Positions 9,895 through 20,075 of a DNA stretch of 64,000 bases are shown piece after piece. The DNA lies in the NCBI GenBank assembly GCA_965200895.1, contig CBDAVM010000002.1:741028-805027 (forward strand). The letters run 5' to 3'. The translations under genes were made by a program, and so were the position numbers. The notes beneath the pieces were generated by a model that saw only the letters and a program-made list of their open reading frames with translations, ran no database searches and was not told where the DNA came from. Origin of the DNA: Vicinamibacterales bacterium. GTDB lineage: Bacteria > Acidobacteriota > Vicinamibacteria > Vicinamibacterales > UBA8438. Every line of letters begins with the position of its first letter. Within the stretch, counting starts at the first letter, position 1.

Positions 9895-9912
9895 CGCGAC
9901 TCCCGCTTTTCG
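9627..9912 (+). repeat. direct repeat copy 1 (3' end of the lipoprotein gene plus 18 nt downstream)
   Basis: 286 bp aligning without gaps to 23325..23610, with about 6 mismatches counted by eye. Confidence 0.9.
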
Positions 9913-9959
9913 CGTGGTCGGCCTATCGGCCCCGTCCGACGGCGCGGGCGGCGGGTTTC

Positions 9960-10806
9960 GGTAGAATCACCGGCGACGGAAGACACCGCCCACGGAGGAG
10001 AAACGCGGCAAGATCCGCCTGCCGACGAGCACCTCTCCCAATAGGCCTCCGAGGCTCGTACGATGACTCTCCGGCCGCCGATTCGGCCGCCGTCCGGACG
10101 CCAAGTGAGATGGTCATAGGATCCGAACGTCAGACCACCCCCGACGTTCACCTCCAGTGCCTGGGTGAGGGCGCGCCGATACCTCAGCGTCGTCGTCCAG
10201 TGGCGGAAGTAGCTGCCCCCCGGTGCGAACGCCGTTACCGTAGTCGTACGACGACTTGTGCTCCCCGACTGTCATGGAACGGCGTATCGCCATCCCCCAC
10301 GAGTCACTCCACCACCCGGCGACGCCGACCTCGATGCTCGGCAAGAACGACATGTCGCCCTCTCGGAAGAGATACCCGCCGCCGAACAGCATCTCAAGCG
10401 CCTTGCGGGACTGTGGAGGCGCCGGCCGGGGCGTCGGGCTCTCCTGCCGCGCCATCACCTCGCCCCGGCGCTCCGACGCCCACGGCTGGAAGGGGATGCG
10501 GCCGTCGGGCGGGTCGATGACCATCGGCCTCGCGATGCGTCCCGGGCGCGGCGGCGCGGCGGGGTCCGGCTCGAAGGACCGGGAGAACGCGGCTCCCTGC
10601 CTGCGGTTGACGCCCTCCGCCGGCCGCCACGAGTCGTTGGCAGCGGTCTCCATCGGCTGGGACGCGCCGGGCAGGTAGTAGCCACGGAAGTCAGGGTCGC
10701 CCCACGGGGTGCGCGGCGGCTCGTAGTCGCCGTCCTGGCCCGCCGCCATGGGCGCCGTCAGGGCGACGAACAACGCCGCGCCGAAGGCTCGTCGAACGCT
10801 CATCAT
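9960..10806 (-). pseudogene. decayed chimeric gene: signal peptide plus N-terminal fragment of a secreted protein family, fused to a frameshifted beta-barrel-like remnant
   Basis: ATG at 10806 gives MMSVRRAFGAALFVALTAPMAAGQDGDYEPPRTPWGDPDFRG. After about 130 aa the frame reads GGGYLFREGDMSFLPSIEVGVAGWW. The sense then continues only after a frameshift at a G-run (about 10235) as YFRHWTTTLRYRRALTQALEVNVGGGLTFGSY. Confidence 0.5.
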
Positions 10807-11690
10807 CGTGCTCCCTCTCCCTGCTCGACCGCCATCTGCAGGAGATGGTCGACGCAGTCGTAGTCGAGTATCTGCAGCCCCTCGTCCATGCGGCGGTAGA
10901 GCGTCATGCGCATCGTCCACGGACGGGTGAACACGTTCGGGTCCTCGAGGGTGACCTCGTAGTCGATGTGGTACGGCGTGGTCGGGGTGTAGCGCTCGAC
11001 CACGTGCAGGGCGTCGCTGTGGAAGTTGCCGGCCGCGTCGAGCCAGGTGCGCCCGTTGAAGTGGGTGGTGTCGACCACCAGAGTGTCGCCCTCCCAGTGC
11101 CCCCGCGAGTCGCCCATCCAGAAGTCGTTGGGCAGGGGGTGCGGGCTGCCGTCGGTGTAGATGATGCGGACGGCGTGGGCGAACTCGTAGGTGACGACGA
11201 CGTGGTCGGGCGTCTGCAGGATGCGGAACGGAACGGCATGTAGGTGATGCGCGGCACCCCCGGCAGGAAGCACTGCCGCACGGGGTCTGCGGTGAGCCGG
11301 TTGGCGTGTTCTCCTGCTGCTGCTCGGCCGCCCACGGCTGGTAGGGAATCTCGCCGCCCACCACCACCCCGAGGCCGGCGGGAATGCCATCCTGGGCGTT
11401 GTGGGGACGGATGTCCCAGGCCGCCGAGTTCAGCACCTGCCAGAAGCCGCTCAGATCGGGGTAGCCCTCCGGGGTCCGGGGGCCGTCGTGGCCGGACGCG
11501 GCGGCGGCCGGGGTCTGCCCCGCCCCGGCCCCGGACGGCGAGGAGCCGGCCGAGGGCGCGGGAACGGCCGCCGCCGCAGCGGCAGCGGCAGGCGCCGGCG
11601 GGCCGGACAGCGCGTCGAGGTAGCCGACGACCTGCCGGACCTCGTCGTCGCTCAGCTCCCGGGTGGATGCGCGCCGAGCAGATCGACCCC
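10803..11690 (-). pseudogene. frameshifted gene of the same secreted family as 38528..39277, with a cytochrome-c-like C-terminal remnant upstream
   Basis: Sense is spread over three frames: LSDDEVRQVVGYLDALSG...GPRTPEGYPDLSGFWQ, then CFLPGVPRITYMPF, then FRILQTPDHVVVTYEF...GDSRGHWEGDTLVVDTTHFNGRTWLD...ERYT. Confidence 0.6.
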
Positions 11691-11699
11691 GAGGCGTGG

Positions 11700-13284
11700 T
11701 CCATACGCTGCGGCGGGCGAACGGCCAAGAGGACCTGTTCGCCAGCTTCAACGAGTACCGCCGCCCGGCCGCGCCGCCTTGGAGTGGTACGAGCATGCCG
11801 GCAACTGGTCTAACCGCCTGATCCACGCCGACGCGCGGCGCGCGATGGCCTCGCTGCTCGAACACGAACACCTCGGCGGCGCCGTCCAGATGGTCTACTT
11901 CGATCCGCCCTACGGCATGGACTTCGACGCCCGCTACGGCAACGACAACATCCAGCGGCGGGCGTTCGTCGACACCTACGAGAAGGGCATCCACTCGTAC
12001 CTGGACGGCATCCGCCAGACCGCTCTGCTCGCCCGCGAGCTGCTGAGCGAGTCGGGCAGCCTGTTCATGCAGATCGGCGACGTGAACGTCCACCGCTGCG
12101 CGATAGTGCTCGACGAGGTGTTCGGGCCCGAGAACCGGGTCAGCACGATCACGTTCCCGACCACCGGCGGCGGCAGCAGCAGCAGGTCCATCGCCCAGTG
12201 TGCCGACTACATCCTGTGGTATGCGAAGAACCGCGACGAGATGGCGTTCCAGGCGCTCTACGAGGAGCAAGACATCGAAACTTGGTGCGATAGCAACGCA
12301 ACCTACACAGGGAGGAGACTTCCCCGACGGAACGCGCCGTGCCCTCAAGACTGAGGAACGCCGCGATCCGAAACGGAACATCCCGGACGGGACCGTTGTT
12401 CTCTGGTGCAGGGCCGGTTGCTCTCCCAGGGACCCTCCAAGGGTGAACAGGGCCAGCCGTTCACCTGGAACGCATCCGGTTCGGTCCCGATGGACTCGAA
12501 AACCAGCAGTGGAGAGTTGACCGCAAGGTCTCGACACACTCGCAAGTGCCGATAGACTCTGGACGAACGTATCCGAGACCAAGACGGCGAACGCCAACAA
12601 GCTTCGCCTTCGCGTCCTCCGATCCGAGACGCCGGGGAAGCGCCTCAACAACCTCTGGGAGAACAGATCTCGCCCAGCGACAAGCGCTACCCCGTGCAGA
12701 CCGGCGACCTCGCCATCCAGCGCTGCATGCTGATGACCACGCGGCCCGGCGACCTCGTGCTCGACCCGACCTGCGGCAGCGGCACCACACCCGTCGTAGC
12801 GGAGACGTGGGGCCGGCGCTGGATCGCCGTCGACGGCTCGCGCGAAAGCCTCGCCGTCGCGCGTGAGCGCATCCTCGTCCGCGACTACCCGGCGCACCTG
12901 CTCGTCGGCAGCGCTGTCGGATTCGCCAAGGAGAACGCGCTGCGCGAAGCGGCCGGACAGGAACCGCTGGCCGAGAGGCCCGCCGGCAGCGAACGCGACC
13001 CCGCCACGGGCCTCGTCGTCGAACGCATGCCCTACGTCAGCGCCGCGACCCTTGCCTACAAGGATCGCCGCGACAAGCGGGCGAACCGCGACATCACCTG
13101 GTTCGTCGACCGCCCTGTCGGCGGCAAGAAGAATGGCCGCATCGCCAGCCGCTTCACCGTCGAGACCGAACACCTTGAACAGTACCACAGCCCCGACGAA
13201 CTGCTCCGTCACTGGCGAGGCCGACTTCGTGCCTGCCGACAGCATCCGTACCCGCCGTCCCGCCGTCCCGCATCACCGGTGTAG
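11700..13284 (+). pseudogene. N6-adenine/N4-cytosine DNA methyltransferase (beta-class order: DPPY first, then AdoMet motif), heavily frameshifted and truncated
   Basis: Motifs LEWYEHAGNWSNRLIHADA, VYFDPPYG and LVLDPTCGSGTTPVVAETWGRRWIAVD. The central region (12300-12700) reads sensibly only by switching frames at least 3 times and has in-frame stops. There is also a 5' frameshift near 11770. Confidence 0.75.
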
Positions 13285-13812
13285 AATCACGTCAAGGGAG
13301 ACATGCACGACATGGCCGACAACACTGCGCCCGCCGCCGAGCACGCTGACAGCCCCGCGAAGCCGAGACTCTCGGCCGACGCCAAGTGGATCGTCGCCAC
13401 CGGCGTGGCCCTTGGACTCCTGCTGATTACCCTCATCAGCACGATGCTCCTGCAGAACGCCACCATCAACGCCCGGATCGACGACACCAACAACAACGTG
13501 CGCGGATTGCAGACCGAGATCCGCGAACGCCACGCAGACACACAGACCGACATCCGCGAACTCCGCGGCCTGCTGCTCCAGCTGCTCGAACGGTCCGCAC
13601 CAGCCAACCCGGTCAACTGAACACCCTGTTGCGCCCCGGCGCCGTCGGGCGCCGCCCGCGAATCAAACGCCGTCAGCCGCGTGCGCCTGCCCCGTTCCGG
13701 GCGTGGAATCTTGTACAGTGCGTCGTGATCAACCGCCGGTTGAAGCAGGATCATCCGCGGGAAAGAAACGGACACGACGCCGTAAGCCATTGTGTTTACA
13801 GGACTTACGTCA
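13246..13812 (+). repeat. inverted-repeat module, left copy
   Basis: Homologous in reverse complement to 24059..24684. Shared strings include ccgtacccgccgtcccgcc..catcaccggtgtagaatcacgtcaagggagacatgcacgacatggccgac and ttgaagcaggatcatccg..tgtgtttacaggacttacgtca. Confidence 0.85.
13303..13620 (+). CDS. small single-TM protein with coiled-coil-like DIRELR repeats (paralog of 24255..24626)
   Basis: GGGAGA RBS before the ATG. N-terminus MHDMADNTAPAAEHAD, TM segment WIVATGVALGLLLITLISTML, then heptad-like IRERHADTQTDIRELRGLLLQLLER. It is conserved as a protein in the second copy. Confidence 0.6.
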   Translation: MHDMADNTAPAAEHADSPAKPRLSADAKWIVATGVALGLLLITLISTMLLQNATINARIDDTNNNVRGLQTEIRERHADTQTDIRELRGLLLQLLERSAPANPVN

Positions 13813-15321
13813 AGGTCAGACGAAACACTGAGTCATGGCGATGGGCAAGAAACCTGCGGCGCGGCAGGCGTCGCCGATGTGGGTGAGCACGGCGGACCTT
13901 CCGACAAGCCCTGGACATCCCTTCTTCGAGCGGCTGAACCGGCTGCTGGACGACTTCGGATTCGACGCCTTCGTGGAGGGGCTTTGCGCGCCGTTCTACG
14001 CGGAGCGGTTGGGCCGTCCGAGCCTGCGTCCTGGTCGGTATTTTCGCTTGCTGCTGATCGGCTTCTTCGAGGGTCTGTCTTCGGAGCGTGGGATTGCGTG
14101 GCGTGTTTCGGATTCTCTGAGTCTTCGGGCGTTTCTGGACCTGGATCCGACCGATGCGGTTCCGGAACACTCGACGCTGTCGCGCACGCGTCGGCGTATC
14201 GACGACGAGACGCACGCTGCGGTTTTCACGTGGGTTCTGTCCCGTCTGTCGGATTCGGGTCTTGTGGAGGGGAAGACGGTCGGGATTGACGCGACGACGC
14301 TTGAGGCGAACGCGGCGCTGCGGAGCATCGAGCGTCGGGACACTGGCGAATCGCACGAGGCGTTCCTGCGTCGGCTGGCGGAGGCATCGGGTATTCCGAC
14401 GCCGACTCGTGCGGAGTTGGGGCGCTTCGACCGTTCTCGGAAGGACCGGAAGACGTCGAACCAGGAATGGCGTTCTCCGCAGGATCCTGACGCGAAGGTG
14501 GCGAAGATGAAGGACGGTCGTACGCACCTGGCGCACAAGACCGAACAGGCGGTGGTGGACCTGGAGACGGGCGCCATCGTGGCGGTGACGGTGCAGGATG
14601 CGTCTGCGGGCGACACGGCGACACTGCCTTTGACGGCGACATTGGCTGCCGAGCAGGTGGAGGCGGTTCGGCCGGACGGTGGGGGTGTTGAGGAGATTGT
14701 GGCCGACAAGGGCTACCACAGCGACGCGACGCGGGTTGCGCTCGACGAGATTGGGGTTCGCAGCTACATTTCGGAGCCGTCGCGTGGTCGTCGCCGCTGG
14801 CGGGACAAGAAGACGGGCGCGACGCCGCCGGAGAAGCGGGCTGCGCAGCGTGCGTTGTATGGGAACCGTCGTCGCAATCGCGGCGAGCGCGGTCGTCGTC
14901 TCCACCGCCGGCGCGGAGAGTTGGTGGAGCGGCCATTCGCGCACCAGTATGAGACGGGTGGTCTGCGGCGGGTGTGGGTGCGCGGTCATGGGAACGTGCG
15001 CAAGCGTGTGCTCATTCAGGCGGCGGGCTGCAATCTCGGGCTGCTGCTGCGCCGTCTGACGGGCGTCGGCACGCCCCGGAGCCTGCAGGGGCGGGCTTGT
15101 TCGGCGATTTGGCGTCTGATCGGGCGTCTGATCGACCACTACGGGCGTCTGACACGCGTTTGGGCGTCGGTCTGGACGCCGATGGCGCTCGGCGACTCGA
15201 TCGCGCATCGCCGAGTTGCCTGAACACGCCGGCTCAGCAAGGGACTTCTTCCACGGGCTGCAAGGCGGCCAGCACGGCCAGCCCCGCGGCGAGCATCCGA
15301 TGGTTCGAATTCTCCTCCTGA
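13812..15321 (+). mobile_element. IS5/IS1182-family insertion sequence (boundaries approximate)
   Basis: Homology of the inverted-repeat module stops at about 13812-13830, immediately before the transposase gene. The right side abuts the IS21-like element. I could not identify terminal inverted repeats. Confidence 0.5.
13835..15223 (+). CDS. IS5/IS1182-family DDE transposase
   Basis: 462 aa. GRPSLRPGRYFRLLLIGFFEGLSSERGIAWRVSDSLSLRAFL, EHSTLSRTRRRI, GIDATTLEANAA, ADKGYHS and ERPFAH match the DDE_Tnp_1 / IS1182 pattern. Confidence 0.85.
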   Translation: MAMGKKPAARQASPMWVSTADLPTSPGHPFFERLNRLLDDFGFDAFVEGLCAPFYAERLGRPSLRPGRYFRLLLIGFFEGLSSERGIAWRVSDSLSLRAFLDLDPTDAVPEHSTLSRTRRRIDDETHAAVFTWVLSRLSDSGLVEGKTVGIDATTLEANAALRSIERRDTGESHEAFLRRLAEASGIPTPTRAELGRFDRSRKDRKTSNQEWRSPQDPDAKVAKMKDGRTHLAHKTEQAVVDLETGAIVAVTVQDASAGDTATLPLTATLAAEQVEAVRPDGGGVEEIVADKGYHSDATRVALDEIGVRSYISEPSRGRRRWRDKKTGATPPEKRAAQRALYGNRRRNRGERGRRLHRRRGELVERPFAHQYETGGLRRVWVRGHGNVRKRVLIQAAGCNLGLLLRRLTGVGTPRSLQGRACSAIWRLIGRLIDHYGRLTRVWASVWTPMALGDSIAHRRVA

Positions 15322-15507
15322 TGTGTGTCAATGGCAACCGAAAACTGCACACTTTTGGCAACTGAAAACTGCACACTTTCAGCGAGGCCGGCGCGGTCGG
15401 ATCTGACGTTCTCCCGTTGGTGTCCACCGCGCGTTTCGGGTCGGACGTAGGGAGCGGAGCGACCGGAGTCCGGCCCGAAACGCGTCGCGAGACCGTCGGC
15501 CTGGTGG

Positions 15508-16305
15508 TCACGTCGCGACTCCCTCGCGGCGCTTGTCTGCCGCGGCCCGCAGCCACTCCTGCTGTTCCCGCAGCCGGTAGCTGTTGCCGCGGATGTTGAC
15601 CACGTGGCAGTGGTGCAACAGCCGGTCGATGAGCGCTGCTGCCATCACCTCGTCGCCAAGCACGCTGCCCCATTCCTCGAAGCCCTTGTTCGAGGTCAGC
15701 ACCGTCGACGCCCGCTCGTGCCGGGCGTTGATCAACTGGAAGAAGAGCACGGCGCCGTCCTGCGTCACCGGCAGGTAGCCGATCTCGTCGACGACCAACA
15801 ACGCCGGATGCGTCAGCACCCGCAGCCGCCGGGTCAACTCGCCTGCGGCCCTCGCTTCGCTGAGCGAGTTGATCAGGCTCGCCAGCGTGCCGTAGTAGAC
15901 GCGGCGGCCGGCCTCGGCGGCCGTCACCGCGAGGCTGATCGCCAAGTGCGTCTTGCCTACGCCGGGCGGACCCAGCAGGATCACGTTCTCGGCGCGGTCA
16001 ACGAATCCCAGCTCGTGCAGGCTCTCGACCTGCTCGCGCTTGACGCTCGGCTGGAAGCTGAAGTCGAACTGCGCCAGCGTCTTGACGGCCGGTAGACGCG
16101 AGGAGCGCATCGCCGCCTGCAGCCGCCGGTTGTTGCGCAACGCGATCTGCGCGTTGCGCATCAACTCGATCGCTTCGCCGGCGGTCACCGCGCCGCTGTC
16201 GACCTGGGCCAACACGCCATCGACCGCTTCAAGCGCGCCCGGCATCTTCAGGTCCGCCAGCATCGCCCGCAGCCGGTCGCGCCGGTTGCCTTCCGCGGCC
16301 TTCAT
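15508..16305 (-). CDS. istB: IS21-family helper ATPase IstB
   Basis: Walker A GPPGVGKTHL and Walker B LLVVDEIGY. The ATG at 16305 overlaps the istA stop. Confidence 0.9.
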   Translation of the reverse strand: MKAAEGNRRDRLRAMLADLKMPGALEAVDGVLAQVDSGAVTAGEAIELMRNAQIALRNNRRLQAAMRSSRLPAVKTLAQFDFSFQPSVKREQVESLHELGFVDRAENVILLGPPGVGKTHLAISLAVTAAEAGRRVYYGTLASLINSLSEARAAGELTRRLRVLTHPALLVVDEIGYLPVTQDGAVLFFQLINARHERASTVLTSNKGFEEWGSVLGDEVMAAALIDRLLHHCHVVNIRGNSYRLREQQEWLRAAADKRREGVAT

Positions 16306-17324
16306 CGCGCCGCCTCCGCGTAGACGCGCAACGCGCGGCGCTCGACCTTGACCGTCTCGGCCACGAGCCGCGGGACCGGCGCCGGTGTGGAGCGCACGCC
16401 GACGCGCCGGTAGGGACACGCCGCCAGGGGCCGCAGCTCCTCACGCTCGGCCCGCGTGAAGCGGTCCACCGGACGCTCGCCCGTCGTGCCGTGCCGGCGC
16501 ACGTTGGCCGTCTGCTCCAGCCAGTGCGCTGCCTGCGCGTTGAGGTCGTCGTCGTTGAGGAACGTGCGGCCGTAGAAGAAGCCGTCCCGGATATAGCGGA
16601 TCGGCCGCTCCACCTTGCCCTTCGTCTGCGCTCGATACGGCCGGCAGGCCCGCGGATGAAACCCCCAGTGCGCGGCAAAGCGCAGAAACTCCGCGTTGAG
16701 CACCAACTCGCCGCCGCCCACCCGGCCGTCCGACAGCACCACCGCACGCATCTGGTCGAACAACAGCTCGCGGGGCACGCCGCCGAAGCGCGCGAACGCG
16801 CGCTCCAGCCCCGCGGTCAGCACCGCCATCGTCTGCCGCTGGTAGAAGTGCAGCCACAGCAGCCGTGAGTGGCTCAGAACCACCACCAGGGCATGCCGGC
16901 GGCCCCAGGGTAGCGCGAACGTCCCGAAGTCCACCGGGCCCTGATGTCCCGGCGGTGTCTCGAACCGCACTACCCGCTCGGCCGCCGGACGTGGGCGCAC
17001 CGTCCGGACGTAGTCCCGCACGCGGCTGTAGCCGCCAGGGTAGCCGGACGCCCGAATTTCGTCGAACAAGCGCTTGGCCGACAACTCCGGGAACTCCTCC
17101 AGGCGCGCCGTAATGATCCCCATGTAGGGCGCCAGCTTCTGCGGCGCCGCTGGCCGCGGCGCGTAGCGCGAGTGGCCCGACGACAGGTCGCGGTCGAGCT
17201 GGCCCGTCTCAACCCACGCGTGGATCGTGCGCCGGCTCACTCCGAAGCGTCTCGCCAACGCCGCCTTCGAGACGCCCCGCTCCAGGTAGTGCTTCAGCAG
17301 CATCCTCGTCTCCCATCCATGCAT
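16302..17324 (-). CDS. istA: IS21-family transposase IstA
   Basis: N-terminal HTH (GVSKAALARRFGVSRRTIHAWV). Integrase-core motifs VDFGTF, RAVVLSD and RPYRAQTKGKVER. Confidence 0.85.
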   Translation of the reverse strand: MHGWETRMLLKHYLERGVSKAALARRFGVSRRTIHAWVETGQLDRDLSSGHSRYAPRPAAPQKLAPYMGIITARLEEFPELSAKRLFDEIRASGYPGGYSRVRDYVRTVRPRPAAERVVRFETPPGHQGPVDFGTFALPWGRRHALVVVLSHSRLLWLHFYQRQTMAVLTAGLERAFARFGGVPRELLFDQMRAVVLSDGRVGGGELVLNAEFLRFAAHWGFHPRACRPYRAQTKGKVERPIRYIRDGFFYGRTFLNDDDLNAQAAHWLEQTANVRRHGTTGERPVDRFTRAEREELRPLAACPYRRVGVRSTPAPVPRLVAETVKVERRALRVYAEAAR

Positions 17325-17593
17325 CTGCGCCCCGCCCCCTCGCTGTGGGATTCCCCAACATCGTGGGACGCAAACCGGCTCCCGACCACCAGCAATGTGT
17401 GCAGTTTTCGGTTGCCATAAATGGGAGATTTACACTTGCCGCCAACAATGTGACGCGAGCCCGATTACAGCCCGCCTGCCCGACCTCCGCGCATCCCGGC
17501 TCCCCCGTGAATCCCGCGCCGCGGCCGCCCGAGACGGCGCCGCCCCCCGCTCGTGACACCGCCGCCAAACGCGCGGCCACAGGCGTTTGACGG

Positions 17594-17624
17594 CACACTG
17601 CGACTGAATCTCAGTCGCAGTGTG
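17594..17624. promoter_or_regulatory. perfect 14-bp palindrome with a 3-nt loop (cacactgcgactga atc tcagtcgcagtgtg), upstream of the GD-repeat gene
   Basis: Read directly. It is preceded by TTGACG at 17586-17591 and lies about 125 nt upstream of the ATG at 17748. No U-tract follows. Confidence 0.5.
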
Positions 17625-17747
17625 TTGCCCTCGTGTCTTACCGAACTTGAATCTCACTTGCAGGTTTGGGCCTGTTCCGCCTTTCGTGATAAACGTCGAG
17701 TCCACCAGGGAGGTGGCGCCTGTCACACCCCAATTGCGGAGTATCTG

Positions 17748-19241
<1,494 letters not shown>

Positions 19242-19427
19242 CCGCTACGCCGTGCCGACGCAGGCCGCGATCTGTCGTTCGTCCTCGCACTCCACCCGCG
19301 ACCGGCGCTATCGAACTCGCCGACACGCCGCGCACGGCTGCCGCCTGGCGAAACGGCGTGGCGGCTTCGCCGGCTCTTACTTCGTGTGTTGCCCGGAAAC
19401 GGGCGAAATCGGGGAAGGAACGACAGC

Positions 19428-20075
19428 ATGAGCATCTTTCGGCGCCAAACCGCAAGTGCCGAGGAAAACACCTCTTTTCCGGCAACCACCGATGTGACGT
19501 CTCGCTTTACCCGCATCGCCGAGAAGGTCGACGTCGAGCCGTTTCGCTCCGAGTTGGACGCTGCGTCCGATCTCTGGCTCGCCGACACCAGTCGCCAGCG
19601 CAAGGTCCGTTGCCAACGCGACACCCTCAACATATTTCTTCGTGTCGCCAGAAAGCCTCTACCGGCCGGGGCGACCAACGCCAACGACGTGCACGAGAGC
19701 CGCAACGCGCGGTTCGCGGGCCGTTTTCCGCACGCGTTGAAGTTCTGCCAGAAAATCGCCTCTCTGCGGGAAGGCGAGCTCGGACGCGCCGCCCTCGTCG
19801 CCCTCCAGCCGCGCGGCTGGGTCCGCCCCCATGTCGACGCCGGTGCGTACTACCGCATACGCGACCGCTTCCACCTCGTGCTGCACAGCCCTGGGGGCAG
19901 TCCCCTGACCTGCGGAGACGAGACCATCGTGATGCGAACTGGGGAACTCTGGGCTTTCGACAACAAGACCAGGCACGACGCCCGGAACCCGACCGACGAA
20001 CCCCGCGTACATCTGATATTCGATGTGCTACCCGGCGACGGCCGGGGGTATTACGTCCTGCCTCCGGCGGACTGA
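19428..20075 (+). CDS. aspartyl/asparaginyl beta-hydroxylase-family Fe(II)/2-oxoglutarate oxygenase (cupin)
   Basis: ATG at 19428 after GGGGAAGGAA. LQPRGWVRPHVDAG...YRIRDRFHLVLHSP...GELWAFDNKTRHDARNPTDEPRVHLIFD matches the H-x-D...H facial triad and flanking pattern of this family (LpxO/AspH-type). Confidence 0.75.
   Translation: MSIFRRQTASAEENTSFPATTDVTSRFTRIAEKVDVEPFRSELDAASDLWLADTSRQRKVRCQRDTLNIFLRVARKPLPAGATNANDVHESRNARFAGRFPHALKFCQKIASLREGELGRAALVALQPRGWVRPHVDAGAYYRIRDRFHLVLHSPGGSPLTCGDETIVMRTGELWAFDNKTRHDARNPTDEPRVHLIFDVLPGDGRGYYVLPPAD

Larger units (their letters stand above)
15322..17434 (-). mobile_element. IS21-family insertion sequence (istA-istB)
   Basis: Terminal repeats ggcaaccgaaaactgcaca at 15333-15351, with a degenerate second copy at 15357-15375. 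The reverse complement tgtgcagttttcggttgcc is at 17398-17416. Outer ends begin TGT on both sides. istA and istB overlap by ATGA. Confidence 0.75.

Noticed and set aside
9627-9912. tRNA or tmRNA gene as the island integration target
   Set aside because: The repeated segment is the protein-coding 3' end of the lipoprotein gene plus 18 nt. No cloverleaf-compatible sequence was evident there or elsewhere in the window by eye.
10114-13245. 1043-aa minus-strand ORF as a single large gene
   Set aside because: Only its last about 230 codons read like protein, and those are two unrelated fragments. The rest is antisense to the methyltransferase remnant or low-complexity read-through.
10803-13284. Programmed ribosomal frameshifting as the explanation for the multi-frame genes
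   Set aside because: There are multiple shifts per gene in both directions, in-frame stops, missing starts and truncations, and no slippery-site pattern was seen. Decay (or, less likely, homopolymer sequencing error) is the simpler reading.
13621-13812. Conserved tail of the inverted-repeat module considered as an Xre/DUF2384 antitoxin gene for RES, or as a small peptide gene on the opposite strand (M(A/V)YGV.SVSFPRMILLQP.VDHDALYKI)
   Set aside because: A 1-nt indel between the two copies breaks every candidate frame on the RES strand. The opposite-strand peptide has no RBS and diverges right after the conserved block. The conservation may be at the DNA or RNA level.
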